A stretch of DNA of 64,000 bases from Basidiobolus meristosporus CBS 931.73 (taxonomy: Eukaryota; Fungi; Basidiobolomycota). The stretch spans positions 1-64,000 of the forward strand of contig MCFE01000370.1 of assembly GCA_002104905.1 (NCBI GenBank). Direction: 5' to 3'. Of the stretch, positions 13,326-26,787 are shown piece after piece. The translations under genes were made by a program, and so were the position numbers. The notes under the pieces were generated by a model. It saw only the letters and a list, made by a program, of their open reading frames with translations. It ran no database searches and was not told the origin of the DNA. Position 1 is the stretch's first letter. Each line of letters begins with the position of its first letter.

Positions 13326-14303
13326 CTACAAGTTGGCATTTACTGCCAACATGAGGAGTACAATTGGGGCCCAAAGGGCAATCGGGTTTTGGCGTGGTGC
13401 TACGGAATAGAAACTTTGTGGCACGGCTATTACACCGTCGATGATATGCAGGACACCGTTGTTGGTCAAAATATCAGTTCTAATGATCGGGCAGTCATTC
13501 ACATATGTAGTGCCATTTGTGACCTTGATAACTAGCGAGTATCCAAGGGCGGAGGAGTACTTGGCTCCATCCTGTAGTTTCTGAGAGAGCACGATGTCGT
13601 CGGTGATAACATGGTTTTTCACAATCGGTGAGAGTTGAGGCCGAGTCTTGCTCTCGAAATCCTCCCTGATCAACACCTCGTTGGTGGGTGCAAAAATTGT
13701 CAGTCGGTTCAAATCGTTCATAGTGTTCACTAGAGCCGCCCGCTCAACCGCGTCCGCCATCTTTTCAAACCCCGACTCCCGGATAACCTCAGCTGGTGCT
13801 TTGGGCGGAGGAAGGAAGGCGTCTACCAAATGGACCACCCCGTTGGTGGCTTTGTGGGCGTCAAGCTTGGTTACGTTGGTGCTATCTAGGCCTTGAGAGA
13901 TATAGGATTGCGAGTTGTTCTTGCCAAGTACTAGCACCTGAACATCCCCATTTTGATTGACGTATGCAGCATCATTCAGCAGCGTGAACGGGAAGTATTT
14001 GGTGGTCAACGTCTGGCTGTTGAAGTCCCCGTACACTGTATGGTACTGTAAATGCGCCAATACCACTTTGGGTTGATTCAAGTCTAATTTTGAGTTGGAA
14101 AAGGCAGCCTCGGTGGGGGCGAATATAGTAAACTTCTCAGTGCCTGTCAACTTTTCTTTCAGCTTCACGTAGTTGGGGTCGTTCAAGAGGGAGGAAAGGG
14201 TTTTGAGCGAGGCATCGCCTTGGATGGCCTCGAGTAAATTCTGGGAAAGCACACCGAGAGTGGATACTGATAATACGAGGCTTAGGAGCTTTGGGAAGTA
14301 CAT
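13326..14303 (-). CDS. Secreted or GPI-type fasciclin (two FAS1 domains), single exon
   Basis: Signal peptide, FTIFAPTEAAF / ATNGVVHLVD and LTIFAPTNE / TNNGVLHIIDGV FAS1 motifs, hydrophobic C-terminus. Confidence 0.9.
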   Translation of the reverse strand: MYFPKLLSLVLSVSTLGVLSQNLLEAIQGDASLKTLSSLLNDPNYVKLKEKLTGTEKFTIFAPTEAAFSNSKLDLNQPKVVLAHLQYHTVYGDFNSQTLTTKYFPFTLLNDAAYVNQNGDVQVLVLGKNNSQSYISQGLDSTNVTKLDAHKATNGVVHLVDAFLPPPKAPAEVIRESGFEKMADAVERAALVNTMNDLNRLTIFAPTNEVLIREDFESKTRPQLSPIVKNHVITDDIVLSQKLQDGAKYSSALGYSLVIKVTNGTTYVNDCPIIRTDILTNNGVLHIIDGVIAVPQSFYSVAPRQNPIALWAPIVLLMLAVNANL

Positions 14304-14356
14304 TTTGTTGGAGTTGAAGAGAGCTGGACTGGCGATATCTTTAAGAATGCCGCAAA

Positions 14357-14508
14357 TTACCCGTTGCCCGTTACCCGAAATAACCGAGTAAATTTGGATT
14401 AATTAATTCCTGCATGTATTTACCTATAATATAGGTCAAAGAACCTTCGATCCTGCAAAGAAGTAGTCACTGCTGGTAGATGAATGGGTACGATCTCCGT
14501 GTTACCCG
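14357..14508. promoter_or_regulatory. Cluster of TTACCCG heptamers (Reb1-like motif) upstream of the fasciclin gene
   Basis: TTACCCG-TTGCCCG-TTACCCG in tandem at 14357-14377, plus TTACCCG at 14502-14508. Confidence 0.35.
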
Positions 14509-14587
14509 AACGTTATCGTGGTTAAGATTTTCACCGATGAGGTCATTTTATTGTTTAAAAGGTTCTTGGGTTAAACAAACTTCTCGA

Positions 14588-16174
<1,587 letters not shown>

Positions 16175-16484
16175 ATTCGATGGTATCTAACGCAACGCCG
16201 GAGTAATAAAATAATACGGGATTGCCCATGGTGGCAAACGCAAGGCAATTTTTTCCAATGATTTTCGCAGGTGATGTAAAAGCCTGCATTACCAAATCAC
16301 CTGCCACATTTAAGCATGTTCGCAATTTTTGTTTAACCCTCCACCAGCATTTTCACCAACACGAGGGAATTTTGAAGGGAATATCTACGAAAAAAAAGAA
16401 AAAAAATTCCTTCCACAGAGGCTGGTAGAAATTCCTTAGTAAGGATTCGTCGCGTCTACATCCACCAGCCTAGCCAAACAAACC

Positions 16485-18985
16485 ATGTGGGAAGTACGGG
16501 ATATCGAACCGAAACCAACCCAGAGCCCTGGACAGAGCAAGCCCAAGGCCCAAGGGAAAAATAACCGTAAGCCCAAGAAGCAGGTGGAAACGGCCGAGAC
16601 TGAATGGGAAAAGGTGTCAAACTTCGCGCCCCCACCCCTTCCAAGCAAGGGAGACGAGAATGTTTTTGTCGCGGGCTCGAAGAAAAGAAAGCCCAACAAG
16701 AAGCGCAAGAGAGGGGCTGCACCTCAGCCCACCTCCAGCCCAGAGTATGAGGACATCGGGGTGGATGACCTGAATTCTTTGGACTGGTCGGAGGTGTCGT
16801 ACCCCGAGCAAATGCTCTTGAGCGATGAGCTGGGCGGTTTTGTATGTTTGGAGGAGATTGATGGTGTGGAGTGTGACTGGATTGGTGATGAGTCTTCGGG
16901 ACGCATGGTCAAGTTTAAGGTATTTTTCTAGGCTTTCAATGCTTTATTCCGGTAACCTATTGTCTAACTGTGCATGTCTTGTAGAAAGCAAAAAATGCCA
17001 AGACTGGTCGTAAAGGAAAGCCTGCCACCCCCGAGACCCCGTTGACCATGGAAGAGAGTGGAAACTTCATAGATCTAGACTCGTTCATTGCAACCGACAA
17101 AAAACCTAGCAAAAAGGCTAACACGAATAAGCCTATCAATGTCGAGGTAATAGAAAATAGTGACGAGGAAGCTGTGGAAGAGGAGGAGGAGGAAAAAGAA
17201 GAAGAAGATGATGATGATGATGAGGAGGAGGAGGAGGAGGAAAGTCAGGACGTTGAGCCAGATTTCGATGAAGGATTCGATATCTCCGCATGGGAAAAGT
17301 ACGGACTTGCCGAATCTATTCAGAAAGCTCTCAAGAAGCTGCAGTTCGATAGCCCAACCAGTATCCAGGAAAAGACCCTCCCTCTCGCATTGGAAGGTAG
17401 AGACATCATAGGTGCAGCTGAGACGGGATCGGGTAAAACATTTGCTTTCGGCTTGCCCATCATCCAATACTTGGCAACCAATGTAGATAAGGAGAAGGAA
17501 GGTCAAACCGCGCTCATCCTGACTCCCACAAGAGAACTTGCCATCCAGGTGACTGATCATCTGAAATCCATCTCTCAATTCTGCAAAACTCGGATCATTC
17601 CCATTGTCGGTGGTATGTCCATCCAGAAACAAACCAGATTGATGCACCAAACGCCCGACATCATTGTTGCCACACCCGGTCGTCTCTGGGAATTGTGCTC
17701 CGAAAACGACATCTTTGCTGCCAACCTCAAGAAAATCAAGTTCCTTGTTCTTGATGAAGCCGACAGGATGCTGGAGCCTGGCCACTTCAAAGAACTGAAC
17801 TACATCCTCAACTTGCTTTCCAATAAGCCACAGCATGCCCGTGAGGCTGCGGACGATGAAGAATCCTCCTCCGACACAGAGGAAGAAACCGAGCAAGAGA
17901 AGCAGACATTCATCTTCTCGGCCACCATCAGTCAGGACCTGAAGGTGTTCACGCGTAAGCAAAAGAAGAAGATGAGCAAGAGATCCAACGACAGCTCAAT
18001 GCAAAGTTTGATGAATCGCATCCAGTTCAAGGATCCAGAGCCTTGCTTCATCGACGTCACCAGCACCGATATCATGTCCTCCACTCTGATGGAGGCCCGC
18101 ATCGACTGCGTCATGAAGGATAAAGACGTCTATCTGTACTACTTCTTGGTGAGGTACCCAGGCAGAACATTGGTATTTGTCAACAGCATCGACGCCATTC
18201 GCCGGATGCTGCCCTTCCTGCAAGCTCTTGGGGTTCAAGCGTACGGTCTCCACGCTCAAATGCAACAGCGTCAAAGATTGAAGAACGTGGACCGATTCAA
18301 GTCCAACCCCAAGGCGGTTTTGATTGCCTCCGATGTGGCAGCCCGTGGTCTGGATATCCCTCTAGTAGAGCAAGTGGTGCATTATCAACTTCCCAGATCC
18401 GGGGAGATCTACGTTCATAGAAGTGGTCGTACTGCTCGTGCCAAGAAAGAAGGTATCAGTGTGGCTCTGGTTTGCCCAGAGGAGCTATCGTTATACAAGA
18501 AGATCTGTCACGTGCTAGGGAAGCAGAATGGCCTCTCGGAATTCCCAGTCGATCGTACTCTCATTACCTCCATGAGGCAGCGCGTTGCCCTCGCTATTAA
18601 GATCGATGAAGAAGAGCACAGAATGAACAAGGCCAACCACGAATCGAACTGGTTGAAGAAGAGTGCCGAGGCGTTGGATATCGATCTTGACGAGGAGAGC
18701 CAAGACTCGGAGGGAGAGATGGTGTCAAAGAAGCAAGATGCCAAAGCCAAGGCTAGAATCGCATCCTGGAGGGCGGAGTTGAAGCATCTTCTGCAGCAGC
18801 CTATTCTTCCACACGGTAGCTCTGGCAAATACCTTACCAGCGGTATCATCCGCGATTTAGCCGACAGGCTGAACGACACCGCACACAACACCATCTTACC
18901 TGCTGAAAAGGCGACCAATGCTGTACAGGATATTAAGGACAAGGGACTCAAACTAAAGAAAAGGAAGGGAAAAGGTAGGAACTAG
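16485..18985 (+). CDS. MAK5: DEAD-box RNA helicase Mak5/DDX24 (60S biogenesis), 2 exons
   Basis: LDWSEV...GGFVCLEEIDGV N-terminal motif, AAETGSGKT, PTRELAIQV, ATPGRLWE, LVLDEADRMLEPGHF, FSAT, SDVAARGLDIP, YVHRSGRTARA. Confidence 0.92.
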
Positions 18986-19475
18986 AACATTGTATTACTT
19001 AGAGCAGTAATTTGTAATCTATTCGATTGTGTCTTCAAGGCACAAACTTGTTTCATTCCTCAACCGATTTTTGTACTAAAATAAACGCAATTTGGAAATG
19101 CATGTTGGAAGCCGTGAACGGGACGCGGTAATCATGTATACTTTTCGAGGTTGATATGGGTATTGTCAATTATTGGGGCATGCTTGGAGTTGCAGCATTA
19201 GGCCCAACGAAGTCCGATCACAGTTTCCTAATTTAATGGTACGCTTCGCCGAACACCAATGAATCGAAGCCTACACAGGAAGTCATAAGTTCCTGGAATT
19301 TATCAAATCCGAGTTGAAGCACTTGGAAGAGTGTGGATTTTGTCTAGATCATGTTCACTGTGGAGAAGACTCAGTTCTAGGCTTGGTGGAAGTTCTCACA
19401 GTACAAACTCCACGACTATAAAACTGAGCCGTGTTGAACATCTCCACCAAAAAAGCTCATCCTCTCTTCTTAACC

Positions 19476-19682
19476 ATGTTCAGCTCCATTGCCCGCAACA
19501 GAGTCGCCACTCAAGCTCTTACTCCCGTCTTCCGTCGCCATTTGAGCGGCCACCATACTACTGCTCAGTACGGCAAGGCCAAGGGACTTGGTGCCCCATT
19601 GGCTTTCCTCACCGGGTCTGCCGTGTTCACCTACGGCTTGATGTGGATCTCTCTCCCTTCCGTTAAGAAGCAAACCGCCTAA
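19476..19682 (+). CDS. 68-aa mitochondrial single-TM microprotein (presequence, TM helix, short basic tail)
   Basis: MFSSIARNRVATQALTPVFRRHLSGHH...LAFLTGSAVFTYGLMWISL..KKQTA. Codon choices (TTC, TCC, GCC, CGT, AAG) resemble RPL4 and ureG in this window; ACCATG start context. Confidence 0.7.
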   Translation: MFSSIARNRVATQALTPVFRRHLSGHHTTAQYGKAKGLGAPLAFLTGSAVFTYGLMWISLPSVKKQTA

Positions 19683-19837
19683 TTTTCTTGGTCAAGTGTA
19701 TACACTTCAACTCGACATTACATGTAAATTAATCCCCAGAGTTCATTAAAGTACAATCTCTTTAACTACAACAAAATATTCCCTAGCACTAATATGTGGA
19801 AGTGTGTGGAGTCCGCGTGAGGTTTACCTACTCCGCA

Positions 19838-19873
19838 TCTGGCCTAGACCAGGATATGGTGATCTAGGCCAGA
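19838..19873. other. Hairpin with an 11-bp perfect stem between convergent genes
   Basis: TCTGGCCTAGA (19838-19848) is the reverse complement of TCTAGGCCAGA (19863-19873). Confidence 0.5.
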
Positions 19874-20037
19874 CGTTGAGGTTGATTTCAATTAAACTGA
19901 GCCACATTCAATCTGGACCGTTGCACATTCCATGTCTCAAATAGGAATTTATTGAAAATGTGATACAAATGTTTGTTGACCAAACTGTTGAACCAAGAAT
20001 AATATTTTACAAAGGCTGTCGTTTATATGGGTTGGAG

Positions 20038-22237
20038 TCAATCTAAACCGTAGCTTGGGATTAGCGCCTTAAATACTGCCACAAGCTCCGTGTTGACTGA
20101 CAGGCTATCTTTGGATAATTTCGGATTAAACTCCGTTCTACACATTGGGCACATCTGACCTAGACAGCTGATCGATTGTTTCAAGCAATCTTTGCATACA
20201 CTATGGGCGCATTGTGGTGTGGTAACCGGGCTTTGGACCATGTCTTGGCAAACTGGACAGAGGAACTCCTTCTCGGCGATGATTTCCAAGAATTCCTTCA
20301 TGTTTCTTGCACGCGACTCAAAAACTGCCTTCCAGGCACGTTGGCTTTGGACATCTTGCGCGATCAAATCTAAAACCTCCTGTCGAGGTCGGAATTTGCA
20401 TATTTCTACTATTACATGTTTATCACCAAAATCGTCGTTGCTCGAGAGTCTAGGCTTTTTAACGCTGTCTTGGAATTCATCACGATCACTGTCGTCCTTG
20501 ATCTCAATCACCTGTTTGTCGTTTGCTGGCTTCTTCTTCTGCTTGGACTTTGCACTGGCTGCTGCTTTGTTGGCAAGCTCTGGTGGGCAATACATGGTGA
20601 GCCCTAGGTCGCGGATGCGTTTCTCCCCTTCTTCGGTCCAGGGAGCCGGCTCTTGATCATCTCTTCGAAACAGATACCTCTATTAAACTAGTTAGCTGGT
20701 TTCGAGGATCCTGTGCAATTCCATAACTTACCCAAACAATAAACCCTGAATAACCTGCTTGTGGCCAGTACTAATCAAGGAAAAGTCAATGAAGTGAGCG
20801 TGAGAATGCTATTTGAAACACCTACCTTTACTAGCTTGTAGATGCCATCATAACGAACACCATCAGCGGGTGCGTATTTAGGATTGTGTTTCGCCGCCTT
20901 GTAGCTTCTCACCACTCGTACTGGTGTACTTTTCCTCCAATCTTTAGCTTCAGCGCCATTCTTCTCATCAATCGGTGCATCGCATGTTTTGGCCAATGCT
21001 AAGTTGTATCTAGTCAATACTTGGTCCTCCGATTGCTCCGCAACACGCTTATTCCCTGTCTTTAGGTCGCGTCCACCAGAACCAGTATAAAAGAACTCGT
21101 CTCCGTTATCTACATCCTCAGGATATCCTCCCGCCAAGACAATCGATAGCGCACCTGTTTTGCTAGACCCAGCTATACCACCCACAGGAGGTCTAGGCCA
21201 GAAATTCAGTTTAACTTTAACCTAGGAATATGTGCTCGATTCCACAATTGGCATACCTGTGAACACCAGCCTCACTCAAATGAATTCGATACTTCCATGA
21301 AGACCCTACAGGGATCCCAGGAATAGGGCCCACATGATTCGGCTTCACAATGGAGCACTTTTTCTCAACACCAGCACATGCCATGCCACCACCCCATTTC
21401 CTTTTCTGGGTAGCGGATGGCATTTTGGCTTTCCGGGTTTGTGACAAATCGATGTATTGTCCAGGCTGAATAATATTGGCAGGATCGTTGAAGCAGTTTT
21501 CGCAATACCTAACAATGGGAGAACATTTCAATATACAGGTATGAAAGGGCCAAGCTCTTCGCATTTTTACCAATCATCCTCGGGGATTTTTTTTAGGGGA
21601 GGATTCAGGCATTTCATATGGAAATACATCTGACACTCCTCACAAATCAACGTAGAATCTTCATCTTCCTTACCACCGCAGACACTGCAGCCACATTCTT
21701 TACACTTCTTCTTATCGTTGTTATCACAACTAGCGCACACATAATCATCTTTCGATAATGATACTCCAGTAGTAGCTTCGTCCGTGGGGGTATCTATTTG
21801 TGAGGTTACTTCGCTTGTTGCAGATTTGGTGGGAATGGGTTCTGGAATCATCGAGATAGGGGTAGACACTGAGCTATCAGTGGGAGTGATAATATGATCT
21901 ATACTCTCCGATTGAGTCTCCTCTTCCTCAATCGGGATATCTGCCTTTAGAAAAACTAGGATAGTGTCGTTGTTTCGAACATTGTAGTCGAACACTTTGT
22001 GTTTATTTTCCAGCTGTGTGCAAGTAAAGTGTGAGTATTGTGCAAGGAATGTGGTTGCTTGTCTTGAATTTGGGAGAATACCTGTTTACCAGAGTAGATC
22101 AAACGTAACCTATGGAGTGGATATTTATCTTTTCCCAAGATAGTCGATATTTTTTGTCTCACGGAGGCAATGGTATCTAACTTCTCGGCGGAAATAGAAG
22201 TACGATTGCCATCGCTAGTTCGAATGTTAATGAGCAT
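20038..22237 (-). CDS. UHRF1: UHRF1-like E3 ligase: UBL-PHD-SRA-RING, 6 exons, no tandem Tudor domain
   Basis: UBL (RLIYSGKQ...[11 protein letters not shown]), pre-PHD plus PHD ([38 protein letters not shown]), SRA ([11 protein letters not shown]...[12 protein letters not shown]...[24 protein letters not shown]...YDGIYK...[16 protein letters not shown]), RING ([18 protein letters not shown]). Confidence 0.92.
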
Positions 22238-23005
22238 GGGGAGTGTCGAGAAACAGAAAACGTGCTCTAAATTAGATAGAAGTCAACCAGCCTCGCAAGT
22301 TGTGGATTTTTGGATTTGTTTACTTTTACTTGTGATTGTTATTATCAAAACATCGCAACGTTGTGGTAAATACCTATATATATATTGGAAGTCTGGCAAC
22401 CAGGGAGTGCATGGTGTTTGAATGCTCAAGATTTGGCTAATATGCTGAGTAAACTAAGCATTATTTAATCATGAACCAGTAGTATCACCGCAGTCATATG
22501 GGCTGGATCGACCACTAAATTAAGACAAAGAGGTGCAAAGAATTGGTGTCAGATAGATCCCCAGATAATTAATTTTGGACTACCAATCCAGAACCCCAAA
22601 GTCACACTAGCCATTTCGTAAAGAAAACTCCATGGTAAATTGGGAGATAACCAATATCTAGAACTACATGGACGAAGTGCCGAGCACCAAGGAGGCTAAG
22701 CCACAGGAATAGAATATTATTAAGTTTTGCACATATGTAATACCGATGACTGAGATAATTGCTAATTCCTTAAGACCGATGATGACTAAACGTACATACA
22801 CTGGGGTGTTTACGGCCGATCCAGATAGCTCTTTGGTGCCTAGCCAATGGCCAATGTAGATAACGAACATGGATAGTTTCTTGGAAATCCGTTTTTTTTA
22901 CTTACGAAATTCTCCGAGCCAATTACCCACTCACCATCCATGAGTATTCTGATACGGTATATAAACCGTCCATACTCAACCACAACTGCACCCATTGAAG
23001 CTACA

Positions 23006-23251
23006 ATGACTCCTTTCAGTACAGATTCTCAAACCATTCAACACTCTCGCTCGTACTCTTTTTCATCCAGGCCATATATGTCTGAGGAATCTTTATCGGA
23101 TGTTGCTCTTGAGGGCCTTCGAAGCTCTTTCTCATCCCCCGACTTCTCGCAGTACGAACAGTCTGAAGCTGAACTCGACGAGCCAGAGCAGAAGAGCTCT
23201 AATCTGGATATTTTCTTACTTCTGACGTTGGGTGCTTCCATCTTGCTTTAA
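23006..23251 (+). CDS. Small orphan ORF (81 aa), Ser/Glu-rich with a hydrophobic C-terminus
   Basis: TATAAA at about 22960, ACAATG context, ends LDIFLLLTLGASILL*. No recognisable family. Confidence 0.4.
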   Translation: MTPFSTDSQTIQHSRSYSFSSRPYMSEESLSDVALEGLRSSFSSPDFSQYEQSEAELDEPEQKSSNLDIFLLLTLGASILL

Positions 23252-23451
23252 ACTTGCGTGTCTCTTAATTAGCTTGTATATAACCCCATCATAATGACCA
23301 TTTCGGATAGGTTATAGAATTCACCTCTTCACTTCAATACAAATTATCATATCAATTAACCAGCTACGTCTCTAAAGTCGCAGTAAAGTAACAACGAGAA
23401 CATATTTATTGAATAAATCTGTTCAGATCAACTGGAGTTTGCCACTCTCTG

Positions 23452-24317
23452 TTATAATCCCTTACCATAGTCACCAGTCTTGTAGAACTCGTTCATCTGT
23501 GCAACCAACTTTTCCAAGGCAGTTAGCCATTGATTCATTTCGGCTTGAACAGTAGAAAGATCTGAGCCAAGTTTAGCATAGAAGTCCTTGCGATATGGGC
23601 AGGCTTTCATAGCTAGCTGTTGAATCGAAAGATGTTACGCACGTTGAAACGACTTCAGGTCATTGTAGCGACTTACACTAAATATAGGTCGTACAACAAA
23701 GCTGTGATACTGTTTCAAGGTCAGGCCGTAGGCTTCCGTAAAGGATTTGCTTAACTCTTCCTCAGGATTCTCCAGATTTCGTCTCAAAGCTTTGGAGGTG
23801 AAATCAAGCCCTCTGAAGGCCCCACATTAATATATCTGCAGTCATTTTGTTCAATTGTGTTGTCTCTACCTTAATAGCCATAGCAGCCCTTGAGTTGCAG
23901 TTCTTTCCTTCCCCTCTCTGGCTTCAGTAGCCACCAATTTTTGTAAGGTACTGTAGCTATTGGGGTCAGTGTTGTACTTGGTGCGAATTTTCTTTGTCAA
24001 CGATAATTAGGGTTGGGCCGATATTATGAAGGTCTACTACGCTCACTATACATACAGTCACGTTTCCGCTCAAGTCGGCTTTCACAGGAGCAAAGGCGGT
24101 TGAATTCAAAAGGTCTAAGCCACATAATTTTCAGCCAAGACATGGAGTTACTACCAGCACATATGGTTGTACGTGCTATAAAAAGAGCCAGATACTAACC
24201 AAACAATCTAACCACCTCTTCTGATGCCTCACAGAAGCCTACAGCATCAATTCCTTCCTCAGTTACAGATACATCCTTGTAGTTTTTCTTCAGCTGGGAA
24301 AACCAATCGTTAGACAT
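23452..24317 (-). CDS. Glycolipid transfer protein (GLTP/HET-C2 family), 5 exons
   Basis: Spliced: FCEASEEVVRLFDLLNSTAFAPVKADLSGNV...RTATQGLLWLLRGLDFT...SFTEAYGLTLKQYHSFVVRPIFSLAMKACPYRKDFYAKLG. Confidence 0.92.
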
Positions 24318-24720
24318 GTTAAAGAGTAGGGTGTTCAACTTCTGTGGTGGTGTCGAAGTCTGAGTCTTGGAAAGACTTGTCATATATTACGCCTTTTAAT
24401 AGTGTCTCCTGTTGAGATTGATTAATCCCAACGCCCTTACGTTTACAAGTATTCTTAGAATGAACTATTTCTGCTTCAACAATGCCAGTATACTTTGTGC
24501 CAATAGCATCACCAATACTGTTGGCTATGTCTGAAACTTTGCGAGATGCCAAACATTCAATTTGAGAGCAAAAAATCAGGGATACACAGCATCAATTTCA
24601 TGAAAATAGGGTGCTAAAAAATGGTATGAGAACCCTGAAATCAAGATCCTACGGAATCAACTATATCAAGGAGAAATCATCAGAACTTTTCTTTCTCTTT
24701 CGCATCCTAGTGGATTAAAG

Positions 24721-26047
24721 ATGGTACGTTTATTGATATTGATATTTCATTGAATCATCAATCGTTGTTGTTGGCGCTACCCATCCATTCCCATCACGCA
24801 TATCAAGTATACACACACCATGTGACACTTGACAATGCATTAGATTTCCCTCTCATATAACAGAGTGAGATGAGATGGAATAGACCCGGCAATAGTGGTT
24901 GTATTTTACCGACAGATTCTAACCATCGCCATCTTCAATATAGTCTGTGGCTGCTAGACCCGTCATTAACGTCTATTCCGAAGCCGGTAACGGCTCCGTT
25001 GCTACCGTGACCCTTCCCGCCGTCTTCAAAGCTCCCATCCGTCCTGATGTCGTGAAGTTCGTCCACACCAACATGGCCAAGAACAAGCGTCAAGCTTACG
25101 CCGTCTCCGTCAAGGCTGGTCACCAAACCTCTGCTGAATCCTGGGGTACTGGTCGTGCTGTTGCCCGTATTCCTCGTGTTGGTGGTGGTGGTACCCACCG
25201 TTCCGGACAAGCTGCCTTCGGTAACATGTGCCGTGGTGGTCGTATGTTCGCTCCTACCAAGATCTGGAGAAAGTGGCACGTTAAGACCAACTTGAACCAG
25301 AAGCGTTTCGCCACTGCCTCCGCTTTGGCTGCTTCTGCCATTCCTTCTTTGGTTTTGGCCCGCGGTCACCGTGTTGAGCAAATTGAGGAAATCCCTCTCG
25401 TTGTTGCCAACGCTGTTGAGTCTTTCACCAAGACCAAGGCCGCTGTTGCCCTCCTCAAGGCCCTCAACGCCTACAACGATGTTGTCAAGGTTGCCAACTC
25501 CCGCAAGATCCGCGCCGGTAAGGGCAAGCTCAGAAACCGTCGCCACAGACAACGCCGTGGTCCTCTCGTTGTCTACAACGAGGATAACGGTATTGTCCGT
25601 GCCTTCCGTAACCTTCCCGGTGTTGAATTGGTTAACGTTCGTCGCCTTAACCTCCTTCAATTGGCTCCTGGTGCCCATCTTGGTCGTTTCATCATCTGGA
25701 CCCAAGGTGCTTTCGAGCTCTTGGACTCCCTCTTCGGTACCTACAAGAAGTCTTCCACTTTGAAGAAGGACTACAACCTTCCTACCCACATCATCTCTAA
25801 CCCTGATGTTACCCGTATCATCAACTCTGACGAGATCCAATCCGTTTGCCGTGCTGCTGGTACTAAGCACCAAAAGCGCTCTGTTGCCCAAAAGAAGAAC
25901 CCTCTTCGCAACAACGGTGTCATGATCCGTTTGAACCCCTACTCTAAGGTCGTCAAGCGTGCTGAGATCCTCGGTAAGAAGAAGGCCGCCAAGAAGGTTC
26001 ACACTGCCACCAGCAAGAAGTTCTTGGAAACCCTCAAGGCCGAATAA
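24721..26047 (+). CDS. RPL4: 60S ribosomal protein L4 (uL4); ATG-only first exon, intron 24724-24943
   Basis: AARPVINVY...[11 protein letters not shown]...[22 protein letters not shown]...[14 protein letters not shown]; strong codon bias. Confidence 0.98.
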
Positions 26048-26787
26048 ATTATTTCTGCTTCAGGATTTAATCTTCAAAGAATAAAATTGTAGTAGCAAAA
26101 CAACATTTGCCTAGTCATGAAGTAGTATGCCCCGCAGTTTCATGTTGGTCGAGGAACATTATATTCCGTCAGCCTCGAATACGGTTTTTCGTACCGGAAT
26201 GGCATCACTATATCAAGGATGTGATTGGATAAGGTGATTAGAATTCGAGTAATATTCTACAATATATCGATACACTTGATTGGAAACCGAATATTATCAA
26301 TTGTCTTGGAAACGCTTAATAGGGTCATTATTTGCTAGCTATCGTTGAATAAATCAGTAGAAATACTGGGTTCCCGCTAATGCCAAGACAATGATACCAA
26401 AGTTTGAAGATATTTACATATTGACTCAATTCGGTTATACAATTGTATTGTTCACATCATATTAACATGTTTGGAAGCTACGGTGGCGGTCGTGTACCTA
26501 AAAATAGCCAATAATAATACTACTCCTCGCCCGTCATGAATATAGGCTTGACAGGTATTGGCTTCGGTGGTTCTTGGCTTAATTAAACAACTAGCGCGAC
26601 TGAAGACATCTACTGTTTACCATATCACAGAGACTATTGACTACTGGAAGTGCACTCACAGTCCTTTAACCTTTGATTCTCCCCCGAGCAATAGAGCATA
26701 TCAGACAAAGGTCGCTCTTTACTTGTCGATTTAGATTTTATAGAGGCCAATTTCCTCTGCAGCAAGACTGTTTGCGTTTGTACTTGT

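Noticed and set aside
24935-26002. 355-aa minus-strand ORF over RPL4 (similar long antisense ORFs at 17075-17962, 35340-36152, 38228-39178 and 46625-47500)
   Set aside because: Shadow ORFs produced by the codon bias of the well-recognised genes on the opposite strand; their translations have no family motifs.
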